The notes under the pieces are model-generated. The model was not told the DNA's origin. It was given only the letters and a program-made list of their open reading frames with translations, and ran no database searches. The translations under genes were made by a program, and so were the position numbers. Of a stretch of 34,485 nucleotides of DNA, positions 20,460 to 28,090 are shown piece by piece. The stretch covers positions 1-34,485 of the forward strand of contig CAZCKQ010000001.1 in assembly GCA_964499315.1 (NCBI GenBank), in the 5' to 3' direction. The DNA is from an uncultured Eubacteriales bacterium (GTDB lineage Bacteria; Bacillota; Clostridia; Acetivibrionales; CAYWGM01). The stretch's first letter is position 1. Every line of letters begins with the position of its first letter.

Positions 20460-21585
20460 GCGCTGTTTCTGAAAAGATGTATTCCTGGTTTGCGAAAACC
20501 AGTCTATCGCCGTCTTTTACCCTGTAACCCTTACCCTCTTCTATCCTTACTCCGTTCAACATTGTTCCGTTCAGCGAATCCAGGTCCTTTATGAGATAAC
20601 CCGTTTCATCCCTGAATAGCTCCGCATGACGGCGTCCGACGACATTGCAGTTGATCAATCCGTCAGCTTGACTTTTTGAGCGGCCGATAACGAACACAGG
20701 CTTGTCGATCTGGATTCTGCCGCTGCATGCATACGAGCCTACAGGTAAAAGAGCAGGCCCGACGTACCGCGAAGGAAAGGTAATGCTCTCCGTGTTGTTA
20801 ACCGTCTTCCTCCTCTCCGAAGCCGCCGCCGTCTTTTCAGGACCTGACCCCGCACCCGTCCTTACAAGTCCTGCCTCAAACCTTTTCAATATACTCCTGA
20901 GACGGCCCTTAAGCTTATTTCCATTATCCGCATTCACCGGTTCATATCCCGGAATGGCACCGCAATTATCCGCTGACAGGCTTTTGCCTGTCTCCCGGCC
21001 CTCAAACTGCTCCGACCATAACTCAAGCTCATTCATAAAAGCTTTTATATTGAACGTAGACGCCTGTATACTTCGGATAAGCCGATGCAGCATCCCGCTT
21101 TCATACAGTATGCGTCCGTCCCCGACAAAGGCCGCAAGGCTCACAAGTACATTGCGGAAGCAATCCTGGAACGATTCAACAAAAGGATTATCCGGGATGC
21201 AAATTAATAAAATATCGAATACTTCCGGTTTAATGAAAATATACTTATCGCTGATCAAAAAACAGCTCTGATCAATAAGGTAGCTGGACGAACGGATAAC
21301 AACACCGGCAATCTGCCTCATTATGCCGATAAAAAGCTTTGCGGATACAGCCTCGCGCTTGACAAACTCATTTAGGGACAACATGGACGAGACATTATAA
21401 TACAGCCTTGCATGTCCATCCTCATGCTTGACACTTAGTTGCGCAATCCCCTGTATTTCATTATGAAGCAGCATATTATACCGGTAATTGTCGCATGGAC
21501 TGCTACCGGCGTTGAAAACAACATACCTTGAACCGCTGATCTCTTTCAATTCCAATAATTCATCCATCTGCATTTTCTGCAGCAT
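20440..21585 (-). CDS. FHA-domain protein with a large uncharacterised N-terminal domain, last gene of the Tad-like operon
   Basis: C-terminal FHA: VFVIGRS...VVGRRHAELF...YLIKDLDSLNGTMLNG...DGDRLVF. I place the start at ATG 21585 (GGAAAGGGGG SD 6 nt upstream). The track start 21717 reads through the intergenic repeat. Confidence 0.8.
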   Translation of the reverse strand: MLQKMQMDELLELKEISGSRYVVFNAGSSPCDNYRYNMLLHNEIQGIAQLSVKHEDGHARLYYNVSSMLSLNEFVKREAVSAKLFIGIMRQIAGVVIRSSSYLIDQSCFLISDKYIFIKPEVFDILLICIPDNPFVESFQDCFRNVLVSLAAFVGDGRILYESGMLHRLIRSIQASTFNIKAFMNELELWSEQFEGRETGKSLSADNCGAIPGYEPVNADNGNKLKGRLRSILKRFEAGLVRTGAGSGPEKTAAASERRKTVNNTESITFPSRYVGPALLPVGSYACSGRIQIDKPVFVIGRSKSQADGLINCNVVGRRHAELFRDETGYLIKDLDSLNGTMLNGVRIEEGKGYRVKDGDRLVFANQEYIFSETAPIYNPS

Positions 21586-21605
21586 ACGAACCCCCTTTCC
21601 TATTA

Positions 21606-21702
21606 CTGACGCCGCAATCCAACGCGCAAAAGACGGAGCGTATATTGATACGTGAGCACTTTTGCGACCGATGGCTGACGCCGCAATCCGACGCTTATCA
21701 CC
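21606..21702. repeat. intergenic element copy 1: A box (21606-21625), hairpin module B (21625-21674), A box (21675-21694), tail ttatcacc
   Basis: Bases 21625-21702 are 70/78 identical to 21769-21846. The A box ctgacgccgcaatcc(a/g)acgc occurs three times (21606, 21675, 21819). Confidence 0.9.
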
Positions 21703-21727
21703 CCTTACATCCTCCACCGCTTTCCCC

Positions 21728-21855
21728 GCTGCAAACGGTCAGAAGCGAGGAGTGCAAGGAAGCCAAGGCGCAAAAACCGGAGCATATAAAGATATGTGAG
21801 GATTTTTGCGACCGATGGCTGACGCCGCAATCCGACGCTTATCACCGTTTGCAGC
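21728..21855. repeat. perfect 12-bp inverted repeat (gctgcaaacggt 21728-21739 / accgtttgcagc 21844-21855) enclosing copy 2
   Basis: The two arms are exact reverse complements, read directly from the sequence. The distal arm ends 1 nt from the flp stop codon (21856-21858). A further 5-bp pairing, aagcg 21743-21747 with cgctt 21836-21840, follows a 3x3 internal loop. Confidence 0.9.
21769..21846. repeat. intergenic element copy 2 (hairpin module B, A box, tail)
   Basis: See copy 1. Outer helix 21769-21776/21803-21810; inner hairpin 21783-21787/21792-21796. Confidence 0.9.
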
Positions 21856-22074
21856 CTAGTCGATGCGGTAGGAATCCCTAATCCCTCCGCTCCTGATATC
21901 CTTGCTTATGGAATCGTCTCCGAAGACGGTTTGCATTATGCTGACCGCGAATTTGATGACTGCGTCCCTGAATATCAAGGCTATTCCTACTAAGACCGCT
22001 ATGATCAGCACTATTTCCACGGTTCCGAATCCTTCTTCATCTTTTGCCAGGTCCTTTAATTCATTTAGCAACAT
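21856..22074 (-). CDS. flp: Flp-type (type IVb, class III signal) pilin, Gram-positive Flp1-like
   Basis: 72 aa, MLLNELKDLAKDEEG|FGTVEIVLIIAVLVGIALIF. A Gly is followed by Glu at +5 and a hydrophobic helix. AGGAGG SD. Lies directly after tadC. Confidence 0.75.
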   Translation of the reverse strand: MLLNELKDLAKDEEGFGTVEIVLIIAVLVGIALIFRDAVIKFAVSIMQTVFGDDSISKDIRSGGIRDSYRID

Positions 22075-22777
22075 TGAGGCCTCCTAATGAGAGTAATGCA
22101 GGTGATATGACCATCAGCATTATCCCTATGAAGATGAGAATCATGGGTATGAGCATTTTTGTCGAGGCTTCCTCTCCGAGCTTCCTTACGGTCGTTTTAC
22201 GCTTTTCCCAACACTCTGCGGCATGCAGCTTCAGGAGAGGGACAAGCTCGAAACTGCCTTTTTTCCTATATTGAATGATTATCGAGACAAACCTTGTTAT
22301 TTCACTTATCCTGCACCGCTTGGCGAAATCTTCAAATGCTTTCATATCCGGTTTGCCGGAGTCCATCTCAGATAGAGTTACACGAAGCTCTCTGTACAGA
22401 AAGCGGTCGGCGGGACCTTCCGAGGCGACACGTCTCCATGCTCTTGTCAGGCTCATTCCCGTACTTGCAAGCAGACCGAGTTTTGTTATGAATGCGGGAA
22501 AATCAATCATGATTTGCTGCTTTCTGGCCTTTACCATCTTATTCAGCCTGTAATCGGGCAGATATGACATGATCGCCGGAAAACCCGCGGCAAATATTGC
22601 GCTTAACAAATCGGGGCCTGCCGCTGTCAGGACAATGACTGAAAAAACTCCTGAAACCGCACCATAGGCGATCCTCCGCGCCAGATGCTTCTTCAGATAT
22701 TCCAACGAGCATGCGTGTCCATATATCTCCGCATACTTCTGCCTTGTCTTCATGGCATATAACGTGTCGTAATTCAT
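22061..22777 (-). CDS. tadC: TadC-like inner-membrane platform protein (T2SS-F domain)
   Basis: 238 aa with TM segments flanking a cytoplasmic helical domain. ATGA overlap with tadB. Position is downstream of cpaF-tadB. Confidence 0.8.
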   Translation of the reverse strand: MNYDTLYAMKTRQKYAEIYGHACSLEYLKKHLARRIAYGAVSGVFSVIVLTAAGPDLLSAIFAAGFPAIMSYLPDYRLNKMVKARKQQIMIDFPAFITKLGLLASTGMSLTRAWRRVASEGPADRFLYRELRVTLSEMDSGKPDMKAFEDFAKRCRISEITRFVSIIIQYRKKGSFELVPLLKLHAAECWEKRKTTVRKLGEEASTKMLIPMILIFIGIMLMVISPALLSLGGLNVAK

Positions 22778-23514
22778 ATGCGTATATCCATCAGCTTTCT
22801 TGATATGAAAAAAGCAGCGGTAAAAAGCAATAATGAAAAACTCGTAATTATCCGGCCCTGAATAGTTTGAAATAATGGCTCCATGAAATCCCCTGCCGCA
22901 AGAGTAAGCACTGCAACCAGAAAGACGGGCAGTACCGTAAGGAGTTTGTACTCGAGAGCCCTCTCAGCAAGCAAGACATCGATTTCCTGTGAGATCTCGA
23001 TCTTGTCGCTGATTAGTGAGACTGTATTTCTCAAGATATCCGGTATGTTGCTGCCGGCTCTCTTGCAAACCGATATGGTATCCGAAAGGCTTTTTATATC
23101 ATCGATTCCCGTCCTTTCCGCCAATTCTGTAAGGACACACTCTATCGGCTCATTCATCCTTATCCGGTTCACGATAGTTCTTACCTCTTTTATTATCTGG
23201 GTCTCAGGATTTCCATAAATTATCGAGAGGTCTTTCAGCGATTCACTAAATGCTGTTTCCAGAGGGTTGCCCGCCGAAACGGACGAAGAAAGCGAATAAA
23301 GAAGATCTTTGAACTGTATGGTCAACTCTTTCCGCTTCTGCTTGATTTTCTGCCTTTTCCTGACAACCGGATAAATCAGGCCTGGCAGTATTGCAATGAT
23401 GCATATAACAGCACTGTGATAAAAAACATAACATATTCCGGCGGAAACAAGCGTAGCTTTGATAAATTCCACCGTTTTCTCCGCAAACCGCGTTTTATAA
23501 ACCCTGTAATCCAT
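22774..23514 (-). CDS. tadB: TadB-like inner-membrane platform protein (T2SS-F domain)
   Basis: Start chosen at ATG 23514 (TGATG overlap with the tadA stop). The track start 23589 would overlap tadA by 76 nt. Confidence 0.8.
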   Translation of the reverse strand: MDYRVYKTRFAEKTVEFIKATLVSAGICYVFYHSAVICIIAILPGLIYPVVRKRQKIKQKRKELTIQFKDLLYSLSSSVSAGNPLETAFSESLKDLSIIYGNPETQIIKEVRTIVNRIRMNEPIECVLTELAERTGIDDIKSLSDTISVCKRAGSNIPDILRNTVSLISDKIEISQEIDVLLAERALEYKLLTVLPVFLVAVLTLAAGDFMEPLFQTIQGRIITSFSLLLFTAAFFISRKLMDIRI

Positions 23515-24773
23515 CAATTCGTACCCCTGTCTTGAAGTTGAATAGTCAAACCGGCCATTTGAAGCTTTTTTACCCTTGTGAGCGCACAACCGGTCCCGGC
23601 TAGTGTCCCGTTCACACCGGCAACCCCGGTATCCCCACTCTCGCGATAGACATAAAGAGGGTTCAATTCGATAGTTCCTTCCTTCAGACCGGCCACCTCC
23701 GTTATTTCAATAATTTTTCGGCTCCGGTCGCGCATCCTTGATATGAAGACGATAACCTCGACGGCAGATGATATATACTGCCTGACTGCTTGCAGCGGCA
23801 ACGGCGCAGCAGAAATCACCATAGTCTCCAGCCTGCTTAAAATATCGGCCGCGGAATTTGAGTGCCCCGTCGACATTGAACCGTCATGGCCGGTATTCAT
23901 GGCCTGAAGCATATCAAGCGCTTCAGGACCCCTTACTTCACCGACAATTATCCGTTCCGGCCTCATGCGCAGAGATGTCCTGATAAGGTCGCCTATTGTT
24001 ATCTTGCCTTTACCTTCATAATTTGCATTACGTGTCTCAAGCCTCACGATGTTTTGTATACAGTCAAGCCGGAGCTCGGCTGAGTCTTCAATAGTGACGA
24101 TCCTTTCTTCGGGAGGGATGCAGTTCGCAAGGCAATTCAGGAATGTAGTCTTCCCCGAACCCGTACCCCCGCAGATAAAGATATTGTACTTCGCACGCAC
24201 CAGCGTCTTAAGGAATTCCGCAGCCTCTGTACTGATAAAATCGAGAGACACAAGATCTTCCATATTCATCGGAGCTTCCGGAAACTTGCGGATTGTCAGG
24301 ATCGGTCCGTTAATCGCTACCGGCGGCAGGACGACATTTATCCGCGAACCATCCTCAAGCCGTGCATCCACTATAGGCGACGCTTCGCTGACCGACCTGT
24401 TCACTTTGGAAACAATGATCTGTATGATATCCTCAAGATTGCCTTCATCCGGAAAAGACATGTCTATACGCCTGATAAAACCGTTTTTTTCAATGAAGAT
24501 ATCTTTAAAACCGTTTACCATGATTTCGGTTATTTCGGCATCATCCATCAAAGGCTGCAGTATCCCCATACGTCTCATGGAATTGAATACTTTTCTGGAT
24601 ATATCGGATTTCTCATCCAGTGTCAGGCAATAACCGGCTGACTTTTCGATCACCACATCCTCAATCATCGAGATCAACGCGGGATCATTGATGTCATCCC
24701 CCATTTCCAGTCTGCCGCCGACAATAGACCTGATTTCCCTGACGATATTGTCTGTAGAAGACATTGCCGGCAT
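23514..24773 (-). CDS. tadA: CpaF/TadA secretion ATPase (VirB11/T2SS-E superfamily)
   Basis: Walker A GGTGSGKTT, Asp box RIVTIEDSAEL, Walker B PERIIVGEVRG and His box GHDGSMSTGHSNS. Start ATG 24773 has a GGGGAGG SD. ATG 24800 is the alternative. Confidence 0.92.
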   Translation of the reverse strand: MPAMSSTDNIVREIRSIVGGRLEMGDDINDPALISMIEDVVIEKSAGYCLTLDEKSDISRKVFNSMRRMGILQPLMDDAEITEIMVNGFKDIFIEKNGFIRRIDMSFPDEGNLEDIIQIIVSKVNRSVSEASPIVDARLEDGSRINVVLPPVAINGPILTIRKFPEAPMNMEDLVSLDFISTEAAEFLKTLVRAKYNIFICGGTGSGKTTFLNCLANCIPPEERIVTIEDSAELRLDCIQNIVRLETRNANYEGKGKITIGDLIRTSLRMRPERIIVGEVRGPEALDMLQAMNTGHDGSMSTGHSNSAADILSRLETMVISAAPLPLQAVRQYISSAVEVIVFISRMRDRSRKIIEITEVAGLKEGTIELNPLYVYRESGDTGVAGVNGTLAGTGCALTRVKKLQMAGLTIQLQDRGTN

Positions 24774-24777
24774 GGTT

Positions 24778-25902
24778 CTAAAACCTCCCCTGCCCTTCAT
24801 CCATTATAAGCTTGCAAATACGCCGGATGCCGCTGAGCATGCCATTGTCGGAAAAATCCCTGTCGGCAGTCATGCCTTTGGGACCAAGACCCGGGACATA
24901 TGGAATGACTTCATAGGCTCCGCATATTTCCGGCAGGACAAACCTGCTATCGGAATCACTTTGACCATATTTATTAATGATGAACTTCATTTTATCCATG
25001 ATGCGGAAATCATACCTTGATTCGGCTTTTTTTATTGAATCCAGCCATAAAGGTATCCTTACCTTATTTATTTCATCCTGTACGGTAATACTGAGCGTAC
25101 AATCGCAAAACGACATGATAACCGCATTTCTGAAGGTGAAGCCCGACTGCGTATCGGCAACGGCAAAATCAAAAGACCCGGATTTTTTGATGCTTTTTAA
25201 CAGATGCTCCATACCTGCGGGATCCAGCTCTTCCATGTCCATATTGTTCTCAGCCGGCGAAAAATAACAGACGTCTGATTGGCAATCCTGCAGCGAATAT
25301 TTTTTCACACGTTCAGCAAGGTCCGCGGCGCCGCATTTAATACCCATTAACACATGTGTTATGCTGTTTTCCCCATTCACACGGAAAAAGGCGGGGGTTG
25401 ACGGCATGTTCTCCAGATTGATATACAGGACTTTTTTTCCGATATGTGTCAGATAGAGGCAGATACCCAGCGAAATGACTGTCTTCCCAACCCCTCCTGA
25501 AGGCGAGGCGACACAGAAGAAGCATGTTTGTCTCCGTATGTCGCCATCTGCCCGCTGATTATCCTCAAAAAAGCATTTTGCAATGATATCCTTGACCATC
25601 TGATCAGCCCGCCGGTATTTGTGTATTCTCAAAACATCATCAGTTATGGCAGCCCTCCCATCATCAAGCAATATACATATTGCGCCCATCGATTCCAGGC
25701 TGGACTTGAATTCATAGAATTCTTTGGATAAAATGAAAACATTTACAGGTCTATAATGGGTTGATACAAACAATTCAAGACTCTGCCTGCTGCTGAATGT
25801 CAGTATTTTATACTCGGTAAGTCCGCCTTCCATAAAGAAACCGGATAAGGCCTTAAGATATTCCTCTTCCGTATCGGCTATTGCTATCACTGCTTTTTGC
25901 AT
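24778..25902 (-). CDS. CpaE/TadZ-like protein: N-terminal pseudo-receiver plus ParA/MinD-type ATPase
   Basis: Deviant Walker A VASPSGGVGKT. The N-terminal roughly 120 aa have a CheY-like beta/alpha pattern, but Ser (VFILSKE) sits where the phospho-Asp is expected. Start ATG 25902 has a GAGAGGTG SD. Confidence 0.75.
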   Translation of the reverse strand: MQKAVIAIADTEEEYLKALSGFFMEGGLTEYKILTFSSRQSLELFVSTHYRPVNVFILSKEFYEFKSSLESMGAICILLDDGRAAITDDVLRIHKYRRADQMVKDIIAKCFFEDNQRADGDIRRQTCFFCVASPSGGVGKTVISLGICLYLTHIGKKVLYINLENMPSTPAFFRVNGENSITHVLMGIKCGAADLAERVKKYSLQDCQSDVCYFSPAENNMDMEELDPAGMEHLLKSIKKSGSFDFAVADTQSGFTFRNAVIMSFCDCTLSITVQDEINKVRIPLWLDSIKKAESRYDFRIMDKMKFIINKYGQSDSDSRFVLPEICGAYEVIPYVPGLGPKGMTADRDFSDNGMLSGIRRICKLIMDEGQGRF

Positions 25903-25943
25903 TAAAGCACCTCTCGAACTCACATGGTAAGCATTACCTGTCT

Positions 25944-25972
25944 ATTATACCATATATTGTAAACAATGTAAA
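25944..25972 (-). promoter_or_regulatory. sigma-A promoter of the Tad-like operon (TTTACA-17-TGgTATAAT)
   Basis: On the minus strand, -35 tttaca is at 25972-25967, the spacer is 17 nt, and the extended -10 tgg-tataat has its hexamer at 25949-25944. This lies about 40 nt upstream of ATG 25902. Confidence 0.5.
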
Positions 25973-26113
25973 TATGAAGAAGATTGATTGACACAATACA
26001 TTTTATATGATATTTTATATATAAACAAAATCTTAATAATTCCTAATGATAAAAATAATATGAACTGATTTCTCTGATTAAGTTAACTTTTAGGAACGAC
26101 AGGAGTGTATTAA

Positions 26114-26329
26114 ATGCACGATCTGAAATTTCTAACAGAGATATGTCTGAAGGAGCTGGCGAGATTGTACAGAAAGGGCGAAATAAGCCTTGACGAGTTC
26201 GACTCGCATAGCAGTCTGAAAATAGCCTTTCTAAAGGAAGCATATAAATCACTGATAATTAAAAATTTCAGCGGGAACCTTAAGAAGATTATTGATGAAA
26301 GCGACAAAATCATCCATCATAGACGATAA
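26114..26329 (+). CDS. hypothetical 71-aa helical protein
   Basis: AGGAG SD 9 nt upstream of the ATG. No family recognised. Confidence 0.5.
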   Translation: MHDLKFLTEICLKELARLYRKGEISLDEFDSHSSLKIAFLKEAYKSLIIKNFSGNLKKIIDESDKIIHHRR

Positions 26330-26349
26330 CCATATGAACTTTAATACAA

Positions 26350-26547
26350 TTATTTCTTGCCTTTTTTAGCGACTTGTTTCTTAAGCTCAAAATGTCTGGC
26401 GATTAGTGTATCCAACTTTTTGCTGATCTCCAATATAATAGTGCTGTTGACAGCATTTTTTGAACTCTTGCCAATCTTTTTATTCAATTTTTGCTTCAAC
26501 AAATCGATTTCGGCTTCTAGTCCTTTTATCTCTTCGCGCTTATTCAT
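26350..26547 (-). CDS. Spo0E-like aspartyl-phosphate phosphatase family protein
   Basis: 65 aa, two helices. IDLLKQKLNKKIG...IILEISKKLDTLIARH resembles the Spo0E pattern with an SxxLD core. AAGGA SD. Confidence 0.55.
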   Translation of the reverse strand: MNKREEIKGLEAEIDLLKQKLNKKIGKSSKNAVNSTIILEISKKLDTLIARHFELKKQVAKKGKK

Positions 26548-26636
26548 AAAGTCCTTAAATTAAAGTAGCAAGTATTTTACAAAATCAAACAAATTATCAC
26601 AAATACTCCCTTCGACAGTAATAATATAACAAAATC

Positions 26637-26667
26637 CATCATTCATCAACGACATAAGTCAATGATG
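26637..26667 (-). terminator. weak candidate intrinsic terminator after the membrane-protein gene
   Basis: 7-bp stem catcatt/aatgatg with a 17-nt loop. On the minus strand it is followed by GATTTTGTTATATT. The stem is AU-rich, so this is weak. Confidence 0.25.
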
Positions 26668-26679
26668 ACTAAAATGGCT

Positions 26680-27024
26680 TCAATAGACAGCATCAACAGG
26701 GATCGCTATTCCGCTCATGAACTGGCTAATTATATCCATTACAATGCTATAGAAAATGATGCCGGCTACCATACCCAATACAGCTAACACTATCCACGAG
26801 ATCAGGACACCCCTTGCATAATTCCTGGTATTCAAGTTTTTTGCCCCGCCAAAAGCCAGTATTATCAATACTACCAGATTCACAACCGGAACGCATTGCA
26901 GGATTTGAAGCCAAAATACTTTGGCGGTGCTCAGCGGCTTAGTATCGTATACGTTATAGGAAGGCTGCGGAGGTTGAAAATCATACTTCGGTTGATAATT
27001 TTCCTGATTGACCTGCTGTTCCAT
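26680..27024 (-). CDS. hypothetical membrane protein (Q/P/Y-rich N-terminus plus 2 TM)
   Basis: Start moved to ATG 27024 (AAGGGGA SD). Two clear hydrophobic helices. Confidence 0.6.
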   Translation of the reverse strand: MEQQVNQENYQPKYDFQPPQPSYNVYDTKPLSTAKVFWLQILQCVPVVNLVVLIILAFGGAKNLNTRNYARGVLISWIVLAVLGMVAGIIFYSIVMDIISQFMSGIAIPVDAVY

Positions 27025-27160
27025 TTGAATATCCCCTTTCAAAAAGTTTGTCGTTATAGCAACAATTATATCAGCAAAAAGCCTTGAATATCTATACACA
27101 TGCTGTGATTTGTAATAGAATTATCGTTAACACAGAGGCGCGCTTAAAAAGGAGGCCGGC

Positions 27161-28090
27161 ATGAATCACCTTTTTATAGTGAATCCGTTGGCGGGAAAGG
27201 GCAAACCACTTAAACTGATTCCTGTCATTGAGGATGTCTTCAGATCAAGACCCAATGAAAAATACACAATCGAGTTGGTAAAAGGCCCCGGGCATGCGTC
27301 TTCAATCGCAGGCGAATACATGGACAAGGGCATCGACAGGATTTATTCCGTCGGAGGCGACGGCACATTGAATACAATCGTGAACGGCATAATGCGCAAC
27401 CGTCATAGGGAATCCTGCACACTTGCAGCCATACCCGCAGGCTCGGGGAACGATTTCATCAAGAGCCTGCAGACCGGGGATTCACTATACAGGAGCGACA
27501 GCCCGGACGAATTGCTGATAAGGACGATGGACGGCCGGGAGAAGACGATTGATGTTGCAAAAGTCAACGAGGATTTCTATATAAATATCGCTTCCTTAGG
27601 TTTTGACGGCGAGGTCGCGGATATGACCAACAAGCTCAAAAGGATCCCTCTTTACGCAGGAAAATTCGCATACCTCTCCGGGGTTTTTTTTACACTGGTA
27701 AAGTGCACGCGGCACAGGCTCAGTATCAATATCGACGGACATGTCATGGATGAAGAGGTTTTGCTGACCGCCGTAGCCAATGGAAAATACTACGGCGGAG
27801 GGATGAAAGCCGCCCCGAACGCGGACATCAGCGACGGTTTGCTTGAAATATGCCTGATTAAAAGGATAGGAAGACTGAAAATAATCATGCTGCTCCCTAA
27901 ATTCATTAAAGGACTGCATGGAAGTATCCCCGAGGTGTCCTTCCACAAGGCCGCACGGGTGGAAGTGACATGTCATGACAAAACACCGGTGAATATAGAC
28001 GGCGAGGTGAAATTCGCCAAAAAAGCGGTATTTGAAATAATCCCGGCAGCGATCAGGTTTGTAGTGCCGGCACCGCGTCATCAAGCGTGA
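27161..28090 (+). CDS. diacylglycerol/lipid kinase family protein (DagK/YegS-like)
   Basis: N-terminal FIVNPLAGKG, GGDGTLN and PAGSGNDF motifs. AGGAGG SD. Confidence 0.88.
   Translation: MNHLFIVNPLAGKGKPLKLIPVIEDVFRSRPNEKYTIELVKGPGHASSIAGEYMDKGIDRIYSVGGDGTLNTIVNGIMRNRHRESCTLAAIPAGSGNDFIKSLQTGDSLYRSDSPDELLIRTMDGREKTIDVAKVNEDFYINIASLGFDGEVADMTNKLKRIPLYAGKFAYLSGVFFTLVKCTRHRLSINIDGHVMDEEVLLTAVANGKYYGGGMKAAPNADISDGLLEICLIKRIGRLKIIMLLPKFIKGLHGSIPEVSFHKAARVEVTCHDKTPVNIDGEVKFAKKAVFEIIPAAIRFVVPAPRHQA

Noticed and set aside
21586-21717. N-terminal 44-aa extension of the FHA ORF (track start 21717)
   Set aside because: The extension is translated from the intergenic repeat (RRIAASAIGRK...) and has no SD. 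ATG 21585 has a strong GGAAAGGGGG SD, and MLQKMQMDELLELKE reads like a genuine N-terminus.
21606-21855. CRISPR-like interpretation of the A-box repeats
   Set aside because: There are only three 20-nt boxes, with spacings of 69 and 144 nt. The sequence between two of them is itself repeated. No cas genes are present and the region sits inside an operon.
21645-21881. 78-aa plus-strand ORF with the repeated peptide E(H/D)FCDRWLTPQSDAYH
   Set aside because: It exists only because the DNA repeat stays open in that frame. The inter-copy substitutions are compensatory in hairpins rather than synonymous. It has no SD and it runs antisense into the flp 3' end.
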